A stretch of 64,000 nucleotides of DNA from Octopus sinensis (GCF_006345805.1 NC_042998.1:145266001-145330000), one strand, 5' to 3'. Counted from the stretch's first letter, positions 1 through 13,759 are shown. Made by a program: numbers and translations. The notes: generated by a model from the sequence alone, not told the origin.

Positions 1-340
1 ATTCGGTAAAGTGTGCTACTGCGAAAAATTACAAAAATGTCTCCAACACGACAGCGTTGGTTTATTTATTTATTTTTATATTTTTCTCATTTTTCAGAAA
101 AGTTTTAAAATAAAAATATATAGATATAAATAAACAAATAAATAAGGAAATAGGCAAACAAATGAATACGCAATCAAGCCTTTTTCAAAAAAGTAATTCT
201 AAGTCACCACGTTAGTAGTATTAGCAGCAGCAATGGTAGTTATTGTGTATTTTAGTTTCATAGATTGGGACTAAATACGAGACACCCACTTCAGTGTGTG
301 TGTATATGTGTGTGTATGCATGTATGTATGCTTATGTCTG

Positions 341-701
<361 letters not shown>

Positions 702-1939
702 TGTGTGAATGTGAATACATACCGAGTAAAAGATTGCACAGAAGGGCAAAAAAAGAACACTGAAAAATCACACACGAGACGCGGACATGTTCATCGCACA
801 TCAGTTATCGGCCCCAAATCATTTCAATTTCGAGCCATTATCGATACATACATACATACATACATACATACATACATACATACATACATACATACATACT
901 GACATTGAAACTCACGAATACAGACATACACACAAACTTTGATGCAGAGACGTTTAGAAAACACACTCGTCCGTACATACACTCACCCCCTCTGGTTGTT
1001 TCTTTGGCTGCTCCTCCGATTGTCCTTCCTCTAACTACTCTTCTATGACGGTCTCCGGGGAAAAAAGTTCAATGGTTTTTTGGAAGAGTTTTAACTGACT
1101 CTAGAGTGAGTTCTGTTCATTATTTGGAAAATAACCAGTCTGAAACAAAATTTCAGAGATTCACAGACCATGACTGTATAGTTTCACTATTCATAACATT
1201 GATTTAAAATGTCTGTTAGTTTTGGCACAGTACATTTGCAATTTATGTGTGTATTTAGCAAATTAAGGCGATGAATTGTCGGTGTTAGTAGATCTAATGG
1301 ATGGAATGCCACACGCTCTGAGTTCAAATCCCTCCAATATCAACTTTGTCTTTGTTTTTCTTTTTGGTAATGAGAAAAGGTACTAATCCAGAAGAGAGGA
1401 GTGATAGAACAGTAAGAGAGTCGGCCAAGGTACCTTGTGGTATTTCTTCTGACTTTTGGCGTTCCGTTAGCAATTCTTGTGATGAGATTGGTGTCAGGCT
1501 GTATTTTCCCGAATTGGCGGCTTTTTCCTTAGATAAACATAAGTAGCATGGTGAGAGGTGACTTGCCTGTATAGGTAATTGTCAGTCGTATAAAAATGTC
1601 TTGCTCAGGCCTCCACACACATGTAGAGATGCACAGTGAAATTTGACAGTTGGTGGTCCCTATATATTCAATTTGTTTTGTATTATACAGACAAGAAGGT
1701 AATATTTCGAACATTGTATAGTGGTAAAAACATCAGAAAGACCGGATACTATTACCCTTATAAGCCTTTTTCACGGTTATACTGCGTCCGAAATATTACC
1801 TTCTTGTTTGTATAATACGATATGATTTCGACTCTTCTAAAAAACAAAGTATGTCTGTTTACATATGTTGTTGTTGCATTCAGTTTGTTTTATTTCTTAG
1901 AGAACGATCATCTCCACGACCATTTCAAACTGTAACAGA

Positions 1940-2830
1940 CCGACCATGTTTAACTCTAACTTCAGGAAGTTGGTACCTCTGGAAAGCAAAGGCGTAGAAC
2001 GGTGATTCTTAAGAGGTCCAGTTGTAGAGAGTGAGGTTTGAGTTTAAAGGTTTTGTAGAGACATTTCAGTAGACAGAAAAGAAGGGCGGCACATCGAACA
2101 GACTTCAGTGGAGAAGGTATGCTAGTTGTTAGTTTAGAAGAGCGGAGGCTATTATAGTAGTAATAAAAGAATAGGAGAAAAGGTACAGGGCATCTGTGAG
2201 CCAGTTGGTAGAGTGCATTAACGAGTAATTCTTTCCTATCTACTGCTGAATAACCATTCTTATGCAGTGAAGGATTTTTACATGTTTGGAAGCAGCATCG
2301 TCCCTTATAGTTGAGCAATATTCTAATAGAGTACATAAGCTTTATTCAGCTCATCTATATGTTGTGCGAAACCATGGCTCTGAAATGACAAGTCCGTTTT
2401 CAAGGTACAAACCTGGGCAAGGTTTCTCTTATGGCAGACCTGAAATTGTCAAACGTACAAGTCTACCTTCTCGTCACCAATACTGTTCAAGGAAATGACA
2501 AGAATCGGTAGAAATTAGAGTTAATGTCGTCTCAGATGTTGGAATTAGACCATAAAGAACCCGAACAAGTACCACTTCCGCTCACTGCTCTGGACTGGAA
2601 TTTTATAATTTTATATAGAGCTATAAGATTTATGGTATGTCAATCAGCCATTAGCCTTGAATTTTTTACGAGCCCTGAAGGATAGACTTTGTTTTTGGAA
2701 TGTAATTTATCGAAGTGAGACTGGTTAGAGTTCTAGGTTTGAAGTTTTCAGTAATGTATTATTGATGGAGGGTCTAAAGTAATGGCTCTCAAATTATTGT
2801 AGCGAGGGATCCTACTTTTCTGGAATGACA
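1940..2830 (-). mobile_element. Decayed 3' fragment of a CR1/Jockey-group LINE ORF2
   Basis: Minus-strand pieces LLEYCSTI, FYYYYNSLRSSKLTTSIPSPLK and RARKKF resemble the post-RT region (P.LEYCS.IW ... LFYRYY.G.CS.EL) also seen at 33330-33890; many stops and frameshifts. Confidence 0.55.
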
Positions 2831-3317
2831 TTTCACAGAAGCCACCTTGGCATGCTTGAAAAAAAAAAAAAGAAAAATATTTAATCCAAAGGAAATTAAT
2901 TTTTCTCAGTGATTTATTACTCATACTTTCTTATATACCCTATCAATCATGCGCCTCTTTTTAAATAGCTTCATGAGTTACTGAACAGATTAGTTATATT
3001 TTCATGGAAATTATTAAAGAAGGTGAAAACCTATAAACTATGATTACATTGAATTTTGGAATCGGTCATGAAAACACAATGTCTAACTCGTATTTCAAAT
3101 CCTGACAAAAATGTTTAATCAAAATTGTGTTTAGAATATAAGTATCGAACCGAGTTTAAATATTTTATTTCAACACTTCTAAACAACCCCCCTATATTTG
3201 ATATTCACCACTCCTTTGTGAGCTCATAATACCCAAGCTTAAAAAGACACTGGTATAGTACAACACTTGATATGTAAAGTGACTGCCTTGAGACTTTTGA
3301 AAGAAACTAGGTAGAGC

Positions 3318-3509
3318 GTGTATTCCATCCCATGCAGCTGCGGTAGGTTATACAAAGGCGAAACATGCCGCCCTCTCAAAATAAGGGTAGAGGAAAATCA
3401 CAAAGCTGTGACACGAGGAGATAGTGATAAATCGGCTGTAGCTGATCATGTATGGAAAAATGGAGACCATTTGTGGGATGGAGTTAAAATAATAGACAGA
3501 GAACACCAC
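3318..3509 (+). mobile_element. Penelope-like element GIY-YIG endonuclease fragment
   Basis: VYSIPCSCGRLYKGETCRPLKIRVEE...KSAVADHVW...WDGVKIIDRE matches the VY.IPC.C...YIGET.R.L..R..EH pattern of PLE endonucleases; interrupted at 3510 by a tRNA-headed SINE. Confidence 0.8.
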
Positions 3510-3702
3510 TGGCGTAGTGGTTAAGAGCGTGGGCTACAAACCCCAAGATTCCGAGTTCGATTCCATGCAGTGACCTGAACGACGACGACATCGAAAAATA
3601 ACTTAGGAATGTGAACTCAGGTCGAAATTTCCCCAAGACACCCGATGAAACGTGTTATCAACAAACAAGATGAGGACAAATATCCGTCAAATGTAAATAA
3701 TG
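3510..3702 (+). mobile_element. tRNA-derived SINE with internally deleted hammerhead-like tail (family A)
   Basis: A-box TGGCGTAGTGG (3510-3520), B-box GAGTTCGATTCC (3553-3564); tail gacacCCGATGAAACgtgtt...aacaaacaagatga...aatgtaaataatg aligns with 34176-34496. Confidence 0.7.
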
Positions 3703-4182
3703 AAACTAGGTTTGTAATATCTCCAATGCAAGATGTTATGGAAGGCCCCTGTTTTCATAATCTGTGTAAGTTTTGTATCTAAACTGAGTATTAATGACAC
3801 CTGAAAACGGAAAGTTAAAAAGGATGGAATTATAGTGTACGTCTGAAGCAGTTTGTAAGATGTAACGTTTAATAGTTATCGATGTGTAGATGTAAGAATG
3901 TAATATAAATAACCAATCCCGAGGCACATTAGCTGTGATAGAAGTTTAATCTAATTCACTAACCAACTTGAGGCTTATATGTTGTCCTGGTATATAATGC
4001 GTCGCTAGATTAATTTATATCAATAATTATTAGTACACCTTGTTTAGTAGCAATCTTGGATAGTTGAAGTTTTCAGACAAAGAATGTAAACATTTAATAC
4101 ACACAGTACGTGTTCAATCTGTAAGTGAATAATAAAATTATGCAAAAATTTTCAAAAGTTTAGCACGTAACTTCTCGCCGAT

Positions 4183-4330
4183 GTTCCATGTGGTGTATTG
4201 GTTAAAGTGTTAGGCGCACAATTGTAAGTCGAGGCTTCGATCCCAGTATCAGTAACTGTATTGTATGTTGTATCCTTGAGCAAGTCACTTCATATCACAT
4301 TGATTCAGTCTAATCAGCTGTAAACGAATA
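4183..4330 (+). mobile_element. Degenerate tRNA-derived SINE (family 3)
   Basis: A-box-like TGGTGTATTGG, GGCTTCGATCCC, then tccttgagcaagtcacttcatatcac shared with 10641 and 55967. Confidence 0.55.
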
Positions 4331-5664
4331 TCAACTGAATCTAGGTATAGCCGTCTATCTCCTATTTTCCACCCTTTCTCCCTCTCCCTCTCTTTCTCTC
4401 TCTCCTTACCTTTCTCCTTCTCCTTCCCTTTCTCAGTCTCTCTCCCTTTCTCAATCTCTCTCCCTTTCTCCCTCTCTCTCCGCTCTTTCTCTCTCTCCCT
4501 ATCTCTGTACCTCTCCATCCCTATCTCTCTCCATCACATTCTCGATATTCCAATGGCTCTAAAGGCGAAAGGATGCCGAACGGTGGTCTTTGCATAGACG
4601 CTTAAAAACAATTAGCGAAAGCATGTCACACGCAACCAAGCCACACTCGCTTGCAGGTGACGGCCGTCGTTGTTGTTAAACAAATTCCAGCGCTGTAACT
4701 TTGTTTTTGTTTTCTTTTTGTTTCTTTGTCTGAAACGAAATCTTTCTTTATGGGAAGAATTCAAATAATTAAATAAAAAAAAAACAGAAATCAAAGACAC
4801 ACACACACACGCACGCGCGCACACACACGCACGCGCGCACACACACATGTACAAATATACAAACACACATTGACATTTAATCGAACGACTGTTCAATCTC
4901 TGAGTATGTAGGATTAATTTTTGGTAGTTTAGGATTTAGTTTGTCATATGGCTTGCGTTTGTTTTAATCACTTGTGCTTCTCTTGTTCTCTCCCCGCCCC
5001 TCCACTGTTGTCTTACATATTGTTGTTGTTGTGCTTGTGTTTCGAAATGTATGTCCTTGGTGTTGTTGTTGTCATGCAACTTTCACTTTCGTTTTTTCTT
5101 CTATATCTTATTAATGTTGCTGTTGTTGCTTTTTTTTCATGTTGTTGTTGTTGCTACTTCTATTGCTATTGTTCTTCGTTATAGTCATTCATCATAATTC
5201 ATCATCGTCGTCATCATCGTCATCATCACCACCACCATCAACGCCACCACTACCACCACTACCGTCATCGTCGTTATCATCATCATCCCCACCATCCCCC
5301 ACTATCACCCCCTCCACCGCCACCATCATCACCGCCATCGTTACCTTTACTTATCATTCATCATCACCGCCGCCACTAGCACAATCCTCTCCTTCTTCAT
5401 CATCACTATCATCGTTTTTCACATTCATCATATTCATCATTATTGTCATCGTAGTCGTCGTCATTTATATTCAGCCAATGGCGAAATCGTATTATATTAA
5501 TACGAGACGATGCGCTTGCATTGTTTTCAATCTCCAAAGTATTTGAAATCTTTTGAAAATGTCTACAGAAAGGAAAAATATTTAGTTTAAATACATCCAC
5601 AAAACATTGGCAGGAATTTAAGGAGAAATTATCAACAAAACAACAAAACAGCAACAGCAGTAGC

Positions 5665-5722
<58 letters not shown>

Positions 5723-6194
5723 GAACGAAATAGAAAAAAATCTGTTTACTGGAAATATAAAATAAATTATGTGATATAAATGATATAAAAATGTTTAAGC
5801 TCTTTATTATTTATTAGTTGTATTAATATTGATGCGTATAATAAGTATGAGTATATAAATATATAGCTATATACGCATGCGTCTAAATGCGCGTGTATTC
5901 GTGTTTGTAGCTCATGCACATAAATACACGTATTGTAGCTTATGCAGTCACACGCATGCACTTATACGTATATCTGCACTGAAGCATGCATCAATATGAA
6001 TGTACACGTACGCATACACTGTCAGTCATATAGATTCATGGCTTGATTGTGTGTGTGTGTGTGTGTGTATGTGTGTGTGTGTGTAATGAGTAAGTATACA
6101 TCTGGAGCAACAGTTAAATGCTTAAGCATACACACACTGTTTCTTGCTTGTCTGTCGGTCTGACTGACTTTCTGTCTGTCACCTTCGTTGTCTA

Positions 6195-6376
6195 TCCTCT
6201 CTCTCTCTCTCTCGCTCTCTCCCTTCTCTCTCGCTCGTTCGCTCTTTCTTCTTCTTCTTCTTCTTCTTCTCCTTCTCCTCCTCCTCCTCCTCTTCCTCCT
6301 CCTCCTCCTCCTCCTCCTCCTCCTCCTCCTCCTCCTCCTCCTTCTTCTTCTTCTTCTTCTTCTTCTTCTTCTTCTT
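6195..6376. repeat. Compound (CT)n-(CTT)n-(CCT)n microsatellite
   Basis: Direct reading; source of poly-R/E/K/L/P/G pseudo-ORFs. Confidence 0.95.
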
Positions 6377-6687
6377 CCGCACATTCATACATACATCCAT
6401 AAGCGGCAATCAAAAAATCGGTATAAATTTATAAACTGCAACTGTTATATCTTTATAAACTAGAAGTTAAACTGAATTGGAAGCTTAGACAAAAAGAAAA
6501 GAAAATAGCCGAAAGAAATTACTTATAACCTTCCGAAGCCAGCATTCCAAAGTTGAAATCAATGAAATATATCTACCATGTATACAGAAAGGACGGAATC
6601 AAATACAAATAGGAAACTAGAACAGACTAACAAGAGAAAAACTTGAAAAATATTGAAATACGAGCAGAGGGAATTTTTATTGGAGTA

Positions 6688-7089
6688 ATAATCCCTTCTA
6701 CTATAGGTACAAGGCCTGAAAATTTGGGGGAGGGGACTAGTTGATTATATCAACTCCAATACTTAACTGGTACTTATTTCATTGACTCCGAAAGGAGGAA
6801 AGGCAAAGTCGTCTTGGCGGAATTTGAACTCAGAACGTAGTAACGGGCGAAATACCTATTTCTTTACTACTCACAGGGGGCTAAACACAGAGAGGACAAA
6901 CAAGGACAGACAACCGGATTAAGTCGATTACATCGGCCCCGGTGCGTAACTGGTACTTAATTTATCGACCCCGAAAGGATGAAAGGCAAAGTCGACCTCG
7001 GCGGAATTTAAACTCAGAACGTAGCGGCAGACGAAATATCGCTAAGCATTTCGCCCGGCGTGTTAATGTGTCTGCCAGCTAGCCGCCTT
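6688..7089 (-). mobile_element. Two adjacent copies of the abundant tRNA-derived SINE (family 1)
   Basis: Reverse complement of 55701-55931: gaaaggatgaaaggcaaagtcgacctcggcggaattt...ctcagaacgtag; copies at about 6688-6857 and 6857-7089. Confidence 0.85.
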
Positions 7090-7421
7090 AAGAATTAAAC
7101 ATCAAGAAAACAAAACTAAATGTATCGAAAAATAAATTATTTCGTTAATAAAACAGCGGAAAAAAAAGACAAGAAAGAAACAAACAAACAAAAATACCTT
7201 ATCAGAATTTCAGAATATACTATAGAAAGTAATGACGATAAAAACTACTCTATGGTCTAATGGCAACAAAAACCACTTCATGAACAATATTTCGTAAGCC
7301 AGGAAAGTGAGGTAGTAAGCCAGAGTGAAAGGCAACAATAGTTCAAAAGCTAAGTCTAAAGGTAGAAAGAGATCGGATCTTAGTTGTAGAGGACTAATGT
7401 ATAGTCATAAATAATTCCAAA

Positions 7422-7452
<31 letters not shown>

Positions 7453-7495
7453 ATATATAATAATGGAAAAAAAGTGTTGATATTAAATGCAGATT

Positions 7496-7935
7496 AAGGC
7501 GGTGAGCTGGCAGAATCGTTAGCACGCCGGGAGAAATGCTGAGCAGTATTTCGTCTGTCGCTATGTTCTGAGTTCAAATTCCGCATAGGTCGACTTTACC
7601 TTTCATCCTTTCGGGGCCGATTAAATAAGTACCAGTTACGCACTGAGGTAGATATAATCGACTTAATCCGTTTGTCTGTTCTTGTTTGTTCTCTCTGTGT
7701 GTTGCCCCATGTGGGCAGTAATGAAATAAGAAATAAGGTGGCGAGCTGGCAGGATCGTTAACACACTGGGCAAAATGCTTCGCGGCATTTCGTTTGTCTT
7801 TACGTTCCGAGTTCAAATTCCGCCGAAGTCGACTTTTCCCTTCATTCTTTCGGAGTTGATAAAGTAAGTACCATTTGGGCATTGGGCACCCCGAAATTGC
7901 TGGTCTTGTGCCAAAATTTGAAACCAATATTAAGT
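7496..7935 (+). mobile_element. Two tandem SINE family 1 copies
   Basis: aaggcggtgagctggcagaatcgttagcac...gagttcaaattccgc...gtcgacttt..cctttcatcctttcgggg at 7496 and again at 7735. Confidence 0.85.
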
Positions 7936-8819
7936 ACAGTCAGTAAACTAGACAATTGACCACGTCTATTTATCTGTCCAGTCCTTTCTGAGTTCGTATG
8001 TAACCACAGATATGGCTCAATCAGCAATGTACCTACTAGCAAAAATACTGACTCTTGAAAGCGGATAGAAACAGGTGTAAGTCATATAAATATGTGTTAA
8101 ACACGATATATATATATGCTAAGCAACCACCAAGTCCCCCTCAGCTGAAACATACCTGTTTAGATTCAGAAGGAGCACAAAGCTAATTAGACCAGATATA
8201 ATTACTAAAGAGTGAAGTTATTTTTCGAAATACTTCAACCCTCCCTCAAACGCTCTTTCTCAGTAATCTATCAAAAGCAAAAACTTCAATGGCACTTAAG
8301 AAATATAATTTGAGAATGAGATAAATTTTTGGTGTTATCCTCATGTCTCTAGAGTATTTCAATGTATTTTAGATGGCGAGCGAATGAAAGTTCTCACCTG
8401 TCGGTAATATTTTATCATTGTACAAATTTAGTAAATTCCTTGTCTTTTCTTTCGGAGAACGACATACTTAAGAAGTTTGTCTGTGAGTTGTTTTTCCTGT
8501 GGTTGTTGATTCTGTTGCTTCTGCTCTCGTAGTTGTTTTGATTTTAGTTGTTGTTGTGATTGTAGCCGTGGCTGATGATGTGACTGTTGTTGTTACTGAG
8601 GCTACTGTTGATGCTGTGGTTGTTTTGTTGTCGGGCCTGATGATAGCACCTTTTAGCAGCTTTGGGGAGAGAAAGATAGATAAATAGAAAGGAAGAGAGA
8701 GAGAGAGAGAGAGAGGGAGGGAGGGAGAGAAAGCTTGAGAGAGAAAGAGAAGCAGAGAAAGAGAGTACGAGAGAAAGGGGGAGAGAGAGATAGAAAGATA
8801 GATAGATAGATAGAGTGAG

Positions 8820-8884
<65 letters not shown>

Positions 8885-10640
8885 GACCAGTTCTTGTATT
8901 CTCCAATGTAACTTAGCATTTGCGTTTCTTCTTCTAACCGCCAGCCAACCGTATCTTCTCATATACTTTAAAACAACAATATAGCGATTCAAGAAGGCTC
9001 CGGGGATGCAACCAACATTTTTTGTTGATGATTTTCCATGAAAGCAACCACAAAATAGGGATCTAATATTTCCTGTTACGTGAGCTCCCAATTGGATTGC
9101 GTCTTCAATGAATTCTCGTTGTCACGAAAACAATCCATAATTGTTTCTTTGACAATAATAGAGGGTGTCCATAAATGGAAATATCACCTTCACCTATCAT
9201 GCAGCTCAGTCTTTCTACATAATCGTCAACAAGAATGTTGTTCTCATCTGTGGATATGTTGGGTTTGCATTTTAAGTCATATGATTTTTCCGTGTTCCCC
9301 ACCACTGTGACCTAGTCCTAGTTGAGTAACACGCTAGTGCGTGTCTGACTTTGGTCACCTGTCATCCCATATAAAATGTGATCCTCACAAATTCCCGGGA
9401 CGAGAATGTAGGCATGTAGTTGCAGCCACTGTTCGAATTCACAAATGTCTATCACCATTGTATGCTGTCTGCATCCCGTTACATAAGTAACGGCAAAACA
9501 TATCTTTTTTCAGACATTTCTCGATTAGCGCTGGAGTAGGGTACGATGGGTTTGTGTCTCAACTATTAATGTACTTTAGAAAAGCAATTTTTCTTCGACG
9601 TCTTTCCCTAACTTGATTCACCGTGTTATTATGCAAAGTATATGATATCGCACATGTATATTCTAACAACTATAGTTTTGCCCTCGAGCTTATGCGACGT
9701 CCGTTGAATTATTGCACGGGCAAATTATGAATTCATTTTCATTTTGTTGTTGTTGTCTTGTCATTGTTGTTCCTTTTGTAGCTGTTATTGTTGTTGTTGT
9801 TGATGACATTGTTGTTACTGCTACAAATGTCTTTACAGCTGTTGCTACTTCAAATGGCTTTACAGATATCTATATTATTTGCAAGTACTGAACTACGACG
9901 TCGGTGCTTTACCTTGCTACGCCAGCAGCGGTAGTTGCTGTTACCAAACTCTGTCCTTTGTTTCTATTGCTGAGTATTTCTCACCCTCGCTCTCTCCACC
10001 ACTTGCTCTCTGAAACAAATGTATATATTATTCATGAAATCCATATATTATTCATGAAATGTCGTTCAATGAAGACTCAAACTCATACACGGCTCACGTA
10101 AAAGGCAAAACATGCTTCTAATATGCGGGTCCGTTTTTCTATAACATTCTCAACGAAAAGTAATGTTCACAAATATCTATTAACTGACCATTCTAGTTAC
10201 AAACTACAGCTTCACCTCAATGAAATGGAAGTTGAATAAATTGAAAAGCTTGCGCGGACCAACTCGCGCTAACAGCTTTTCGGAGTTAACACACTAACAT
10301 TGATATATGTATTCATGTATGTATGTATGTATGTATGTATGTATGTATGTATGTATGTATGTATGTATGTATGTATGTATGTATGTATGTATCCATGCAT
10401 GCATGCATGCATGTATGTATGTATGTATGTATGTATGTATGTATGTATGTATGTATGTATATTATTGACGGCACATAATCAATGCATGTGTTTTGTTTTT
10501 CACCGGTTCGCTGCGTAGAGAGCTCTGTGTGTATAAACACTTGAAGTTCATAGACAAGCGAGACAATTCACCTCCAATCCCATTCAGGAGCGATGGATGC
10601 TGATATTTCGCCATTTGTGTAGCCTATCAATGTCATGTGT

Positions 10641-10904
10641 GGAGGCGCGTGGCTTAGGGATTAGGGTGTCAGCATCATTATCGTAAGATTGTGGTTTCGA
10701 TCCCTGGACCGGGTGACGCGTTGTGTTCTTGAGCAAAACACATCATTTCACGTTGCTTCAGTCCACTCAGCTGGCAAAATGAGTAACGCTGCGATGGACT
10801 GGCGTTCCGTCCAGCTGGGGAACACATACGCCATAGAAACCGGGAAACCGGGCCCATGAGCCTGGCTAGGCTTTAAAAGGGCGCATTTAGTATTATATTT
10901 TTTT
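10641..10904 (+). mobile_element. tRNA-derived SINE (family 3) with 16-bp target-site duplication
   Basis: ggaggcgcgtggcttagg head, GGTTTCGATCCC B-box; flanked by TATCAATGTCATGTGT at 10625-10640 and 10905-10920. Confidence 0.85.
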
Positions 10905-11039
10905 TATCAATGTCATGTGTCTGAACCTGACTGGGGATGAACTGAATCGCCAGTCTATGACTATATACAAATAGTGTAACCGTTTGTAGAATATATCAAA
11001 CAAATTATTTGAAAGGTGAGTTTCGAAGGGGATATGGCT

Positions 11040-11251
11040 ATAAATAATTGTTTCAAAATTTGGAACGAGGACAGCAATTTTGAGGTAAGAGGATTAGTCA
11101 ATTATATTGACTATTACTTTATTTTATCGTTCTAGAAAGGGTGAAAGACGAAATCTACCTCGGTGGTTTTGAGCTCAGAAAGTAAAGGCCCAGGAGAAAT
11201 ATATTAAATAGTTTATCCAATGCGCAAACTATTCAGTCAGCTTGCTGTCCT

Positions 11252-11331
<80 letters not shown>

Positions 11332-11462
11332 TAGGCACAAGTCCTGAGATTTTTGGGAAGAGGCTAGTCGACTACGTCGCCCTCAATACTTGACTAGTAT
11401 TTATTTTACAGACCCCGCAAGGATGAAAAGCAAATTCGACCTCTGTGGAATTTGAACTTAGA
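11040..11462 (-). mobile_element. Two degenerate SINE family 1 copies separated by (TAC)n
   Basis: gaaagggtgaaagacgaaatctacctcgg... at about 11135 and ggatgaaaagcaaattcgacctctgtggaatttgaact at about 11420; (TAC)n at 11255-11330. Confidence 0.65.
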
Positions 11463-11503
11463 CGATGAATAATAATAATAGTAATAATAATAACAATAAC
11501 AAT

Positions 11504-11570
<67 letters not shown>

Positions 11571-11581
11571 TAATAATAATA

Positions 11582-11950
11582 ATAACACCTGGACCTTCAG
11601 CACTACATACTGTCTCAAAAATAACCCAGCTGGGAACAGCCCACATCTTATGCAAGACACTGTCAATTCAATAGTACAACCCAAACAAAACAATCCACAA
11701 ATACCAGACACACTCTATATAACAAATATCCAATAAAATAAACAGCCATCAGCAATCCGATCACCCAACAGAAGCACACAACTTACAGCACACACACTAA
11801 TACAACAAAAAACTACAACCAGACCCTATAACAAAGCAAATTGACGCAATACAATATCTGAAAGAGTTTGTACTCCTCCAATAACAACAAAAAAAGAACA
11901 CAATGCCGCACAAACCCCAGCAATACGGAGGTGTAGCAGGTATTTGTCCC
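11582..11950 (+). mobile_element. Extreme 3' end of an R4/Dong-type LINE, directly after an (AAT)n/(AAC)n array
   Basis: KITQLGTAHILCKTLSIQ* matches the C-terminus KIALLGTAHILRRTLSIQ* of the 26.4-30.3 kb element; followed by an A/C-rich 3' UTR unlike that element's. Confidence 0.7.
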
Positions 11951-12149
11951 TAATCGCCACTCAAAAACCGGTACTGGTTTGTTTATGTCACCGAAACCTA
12001 ACTGTTCAGTAAAAGAGACAGATAGAATAAGTAAGTCTTAAATATAAGTGATGGAGGTCAATTTGTTCGACTAAACCCTTCAAGCCAGTGCTCCAGCATG
12101 CTCACAGCCCAATGACCGAAAAGAGAAAAGGATACAAGATAGCCGTATC

Positions 12150-13730
12150 CCTTCCAAGACTCACCTTTGAAATGCTTTAATTTTCTTACTGTACAAGAAA
12201 ATAATAAAGCACAATCTAGAAGCTAACTTCACCGAAGACAGTTATGTATTTAGACAAGACCAAAACAAGAAAAATGCTTAGAGAAAAACTAAAAACAAAA
12301 CCAAAAGGAAATTTCAAAAATTAACAAAAGATAAAAAATAAAAATATAATGAAATAAAAAAAGCAAAAATCTTTTTATGGCCAATATTTCACACGACTCT
12401 GCAGAGGAAATAGGTCAAAAGTGAAACTTAATAATGTATAGGTTAAAAATAAAAAGATGTTTGATGTTAAGTGGACATGACCAAGGTCTGGTCAAAAATA
12501 ATTACAAAAATAATGAAAAAAAAAAGGAAAAGAAAAAATGATGCCAACATCAAGAGCTGGGTCTGTAATCAATACAAGGAGAGGGTTGACTATATAATTT
12601 ATGTCTGTCTATTTCAACGTAGTAGGGGTTTTATGCAAGTAGAAAACAATTAGAAAATATTAGCGTAGCACTATAAAAATATCTACTAAAATTAATACAA
12701 ATAGCCACGAAACATTAACAACTATCCCGCCCCCGCCCGCCAAAAGAAATTTTTCTGTCTTTAAGGAAGTCAACAAACAGAAATCAAAGACTGCAATATC
12801 AGAAAGCTAGGGGAAAAAAGATGGAGAAGCAACAGGGATCGTAAAACAGCTAAAACCCTAAACTAAAATTCAGACTATAAAATATGATAAAATGATGGCA
12901 AGAAGAGCGCCTACACGGCCAACATCTGAAAAATGGGTGGAAGTAAGCAAGGTAAAAATTACAACATTAGCTGAGAAACGTAAAACTGAACGGTCCTTGA
13001 TTGCAACACAACATCAAAACCCTCTTTCCAGAAACTACGAAAAACCAGTAATGAAGCAGAATACAGTAATTGCTGAATTTGTGGAGATGAAAAGAAACAA
13101 TTAACTACATTACTCCTGGTTGCTTAGCCTTAGCCAAGAAAAAATACATCTACAAACACGACAGATTTGGGATTTACATATACCAGAAATTGTGACAACA
13201 CAATGAAATGCCAACACAGAAGAGGAGGTGTAGGCATGTACTAGAAAAAGCCTCCGAGAATGGCGAAGCAACCATACTCAGAGATATGTCAATACATACA
13301 GTCAGAAATAATCAATGAGATATTGTTGTCGAGGATCACTAGGAAAAGAAATGTCAACTCATTGACATATTAGTCCTGACAGATGAAAATATATCTCTAA
13401 TAGAAACGGAAGTTTAACATTATTCAAAGATCTGGAAATAGTGATAACTCGAATGCGGAAACTGAAAACAGAAACAATTCCAATAATAATGGATGTTTTG
13501 AGAATGATCCAAAAATATGGGAACAAATACAAAATCAGAATCTAGAATTTAGGAATCTATATAACATATAGAAAACAGTGCTACTAGGCACCGTACACAT
13601 CTAGCGTAGGGCACTTACAATGTAGTTAAAATCAAATCAAAATAAAACTCTGCACATACACAAGGCACAGTGAGTTGTGTTCGGTAGTGCAGTGAAAGCA
13701 CGTAATAAAAATAAGACAACTGATGAATAT
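12150..13730 (+). mobile_element. Heavily decayed R4/Dong-type LINE, same family as 26385-30308
   Basis: MIK*WQEERLHGQ, SENGEATILRDMSIHT, KDLEIVITRMRKLKTETIPII; 3' UTR caaggcacagtgagttgtgttcggtagtgcagtgaaagcacg matches 30247-30290. Confidence 0.75.
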
Positions 13731-13759
13731 TAACAACAACAACAACATCAACACAAATA

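Noticed and set aside
4550-4700. Non-repetitive GC-richer patch with a possible 38-bp AG/GT-bounded micro-exon
   Set aside because: Too short to distinguish from chance; no homology recognisable by eye.
6688-7935. Recurrent gtcgacctcggcggaatttgaactcagaacg motifs as a CRISPR-like array
   Set aside because: Irregular spacing, both orientations, embedded in ~230-bp SINE copies, eukaryotic context and no cas genes.
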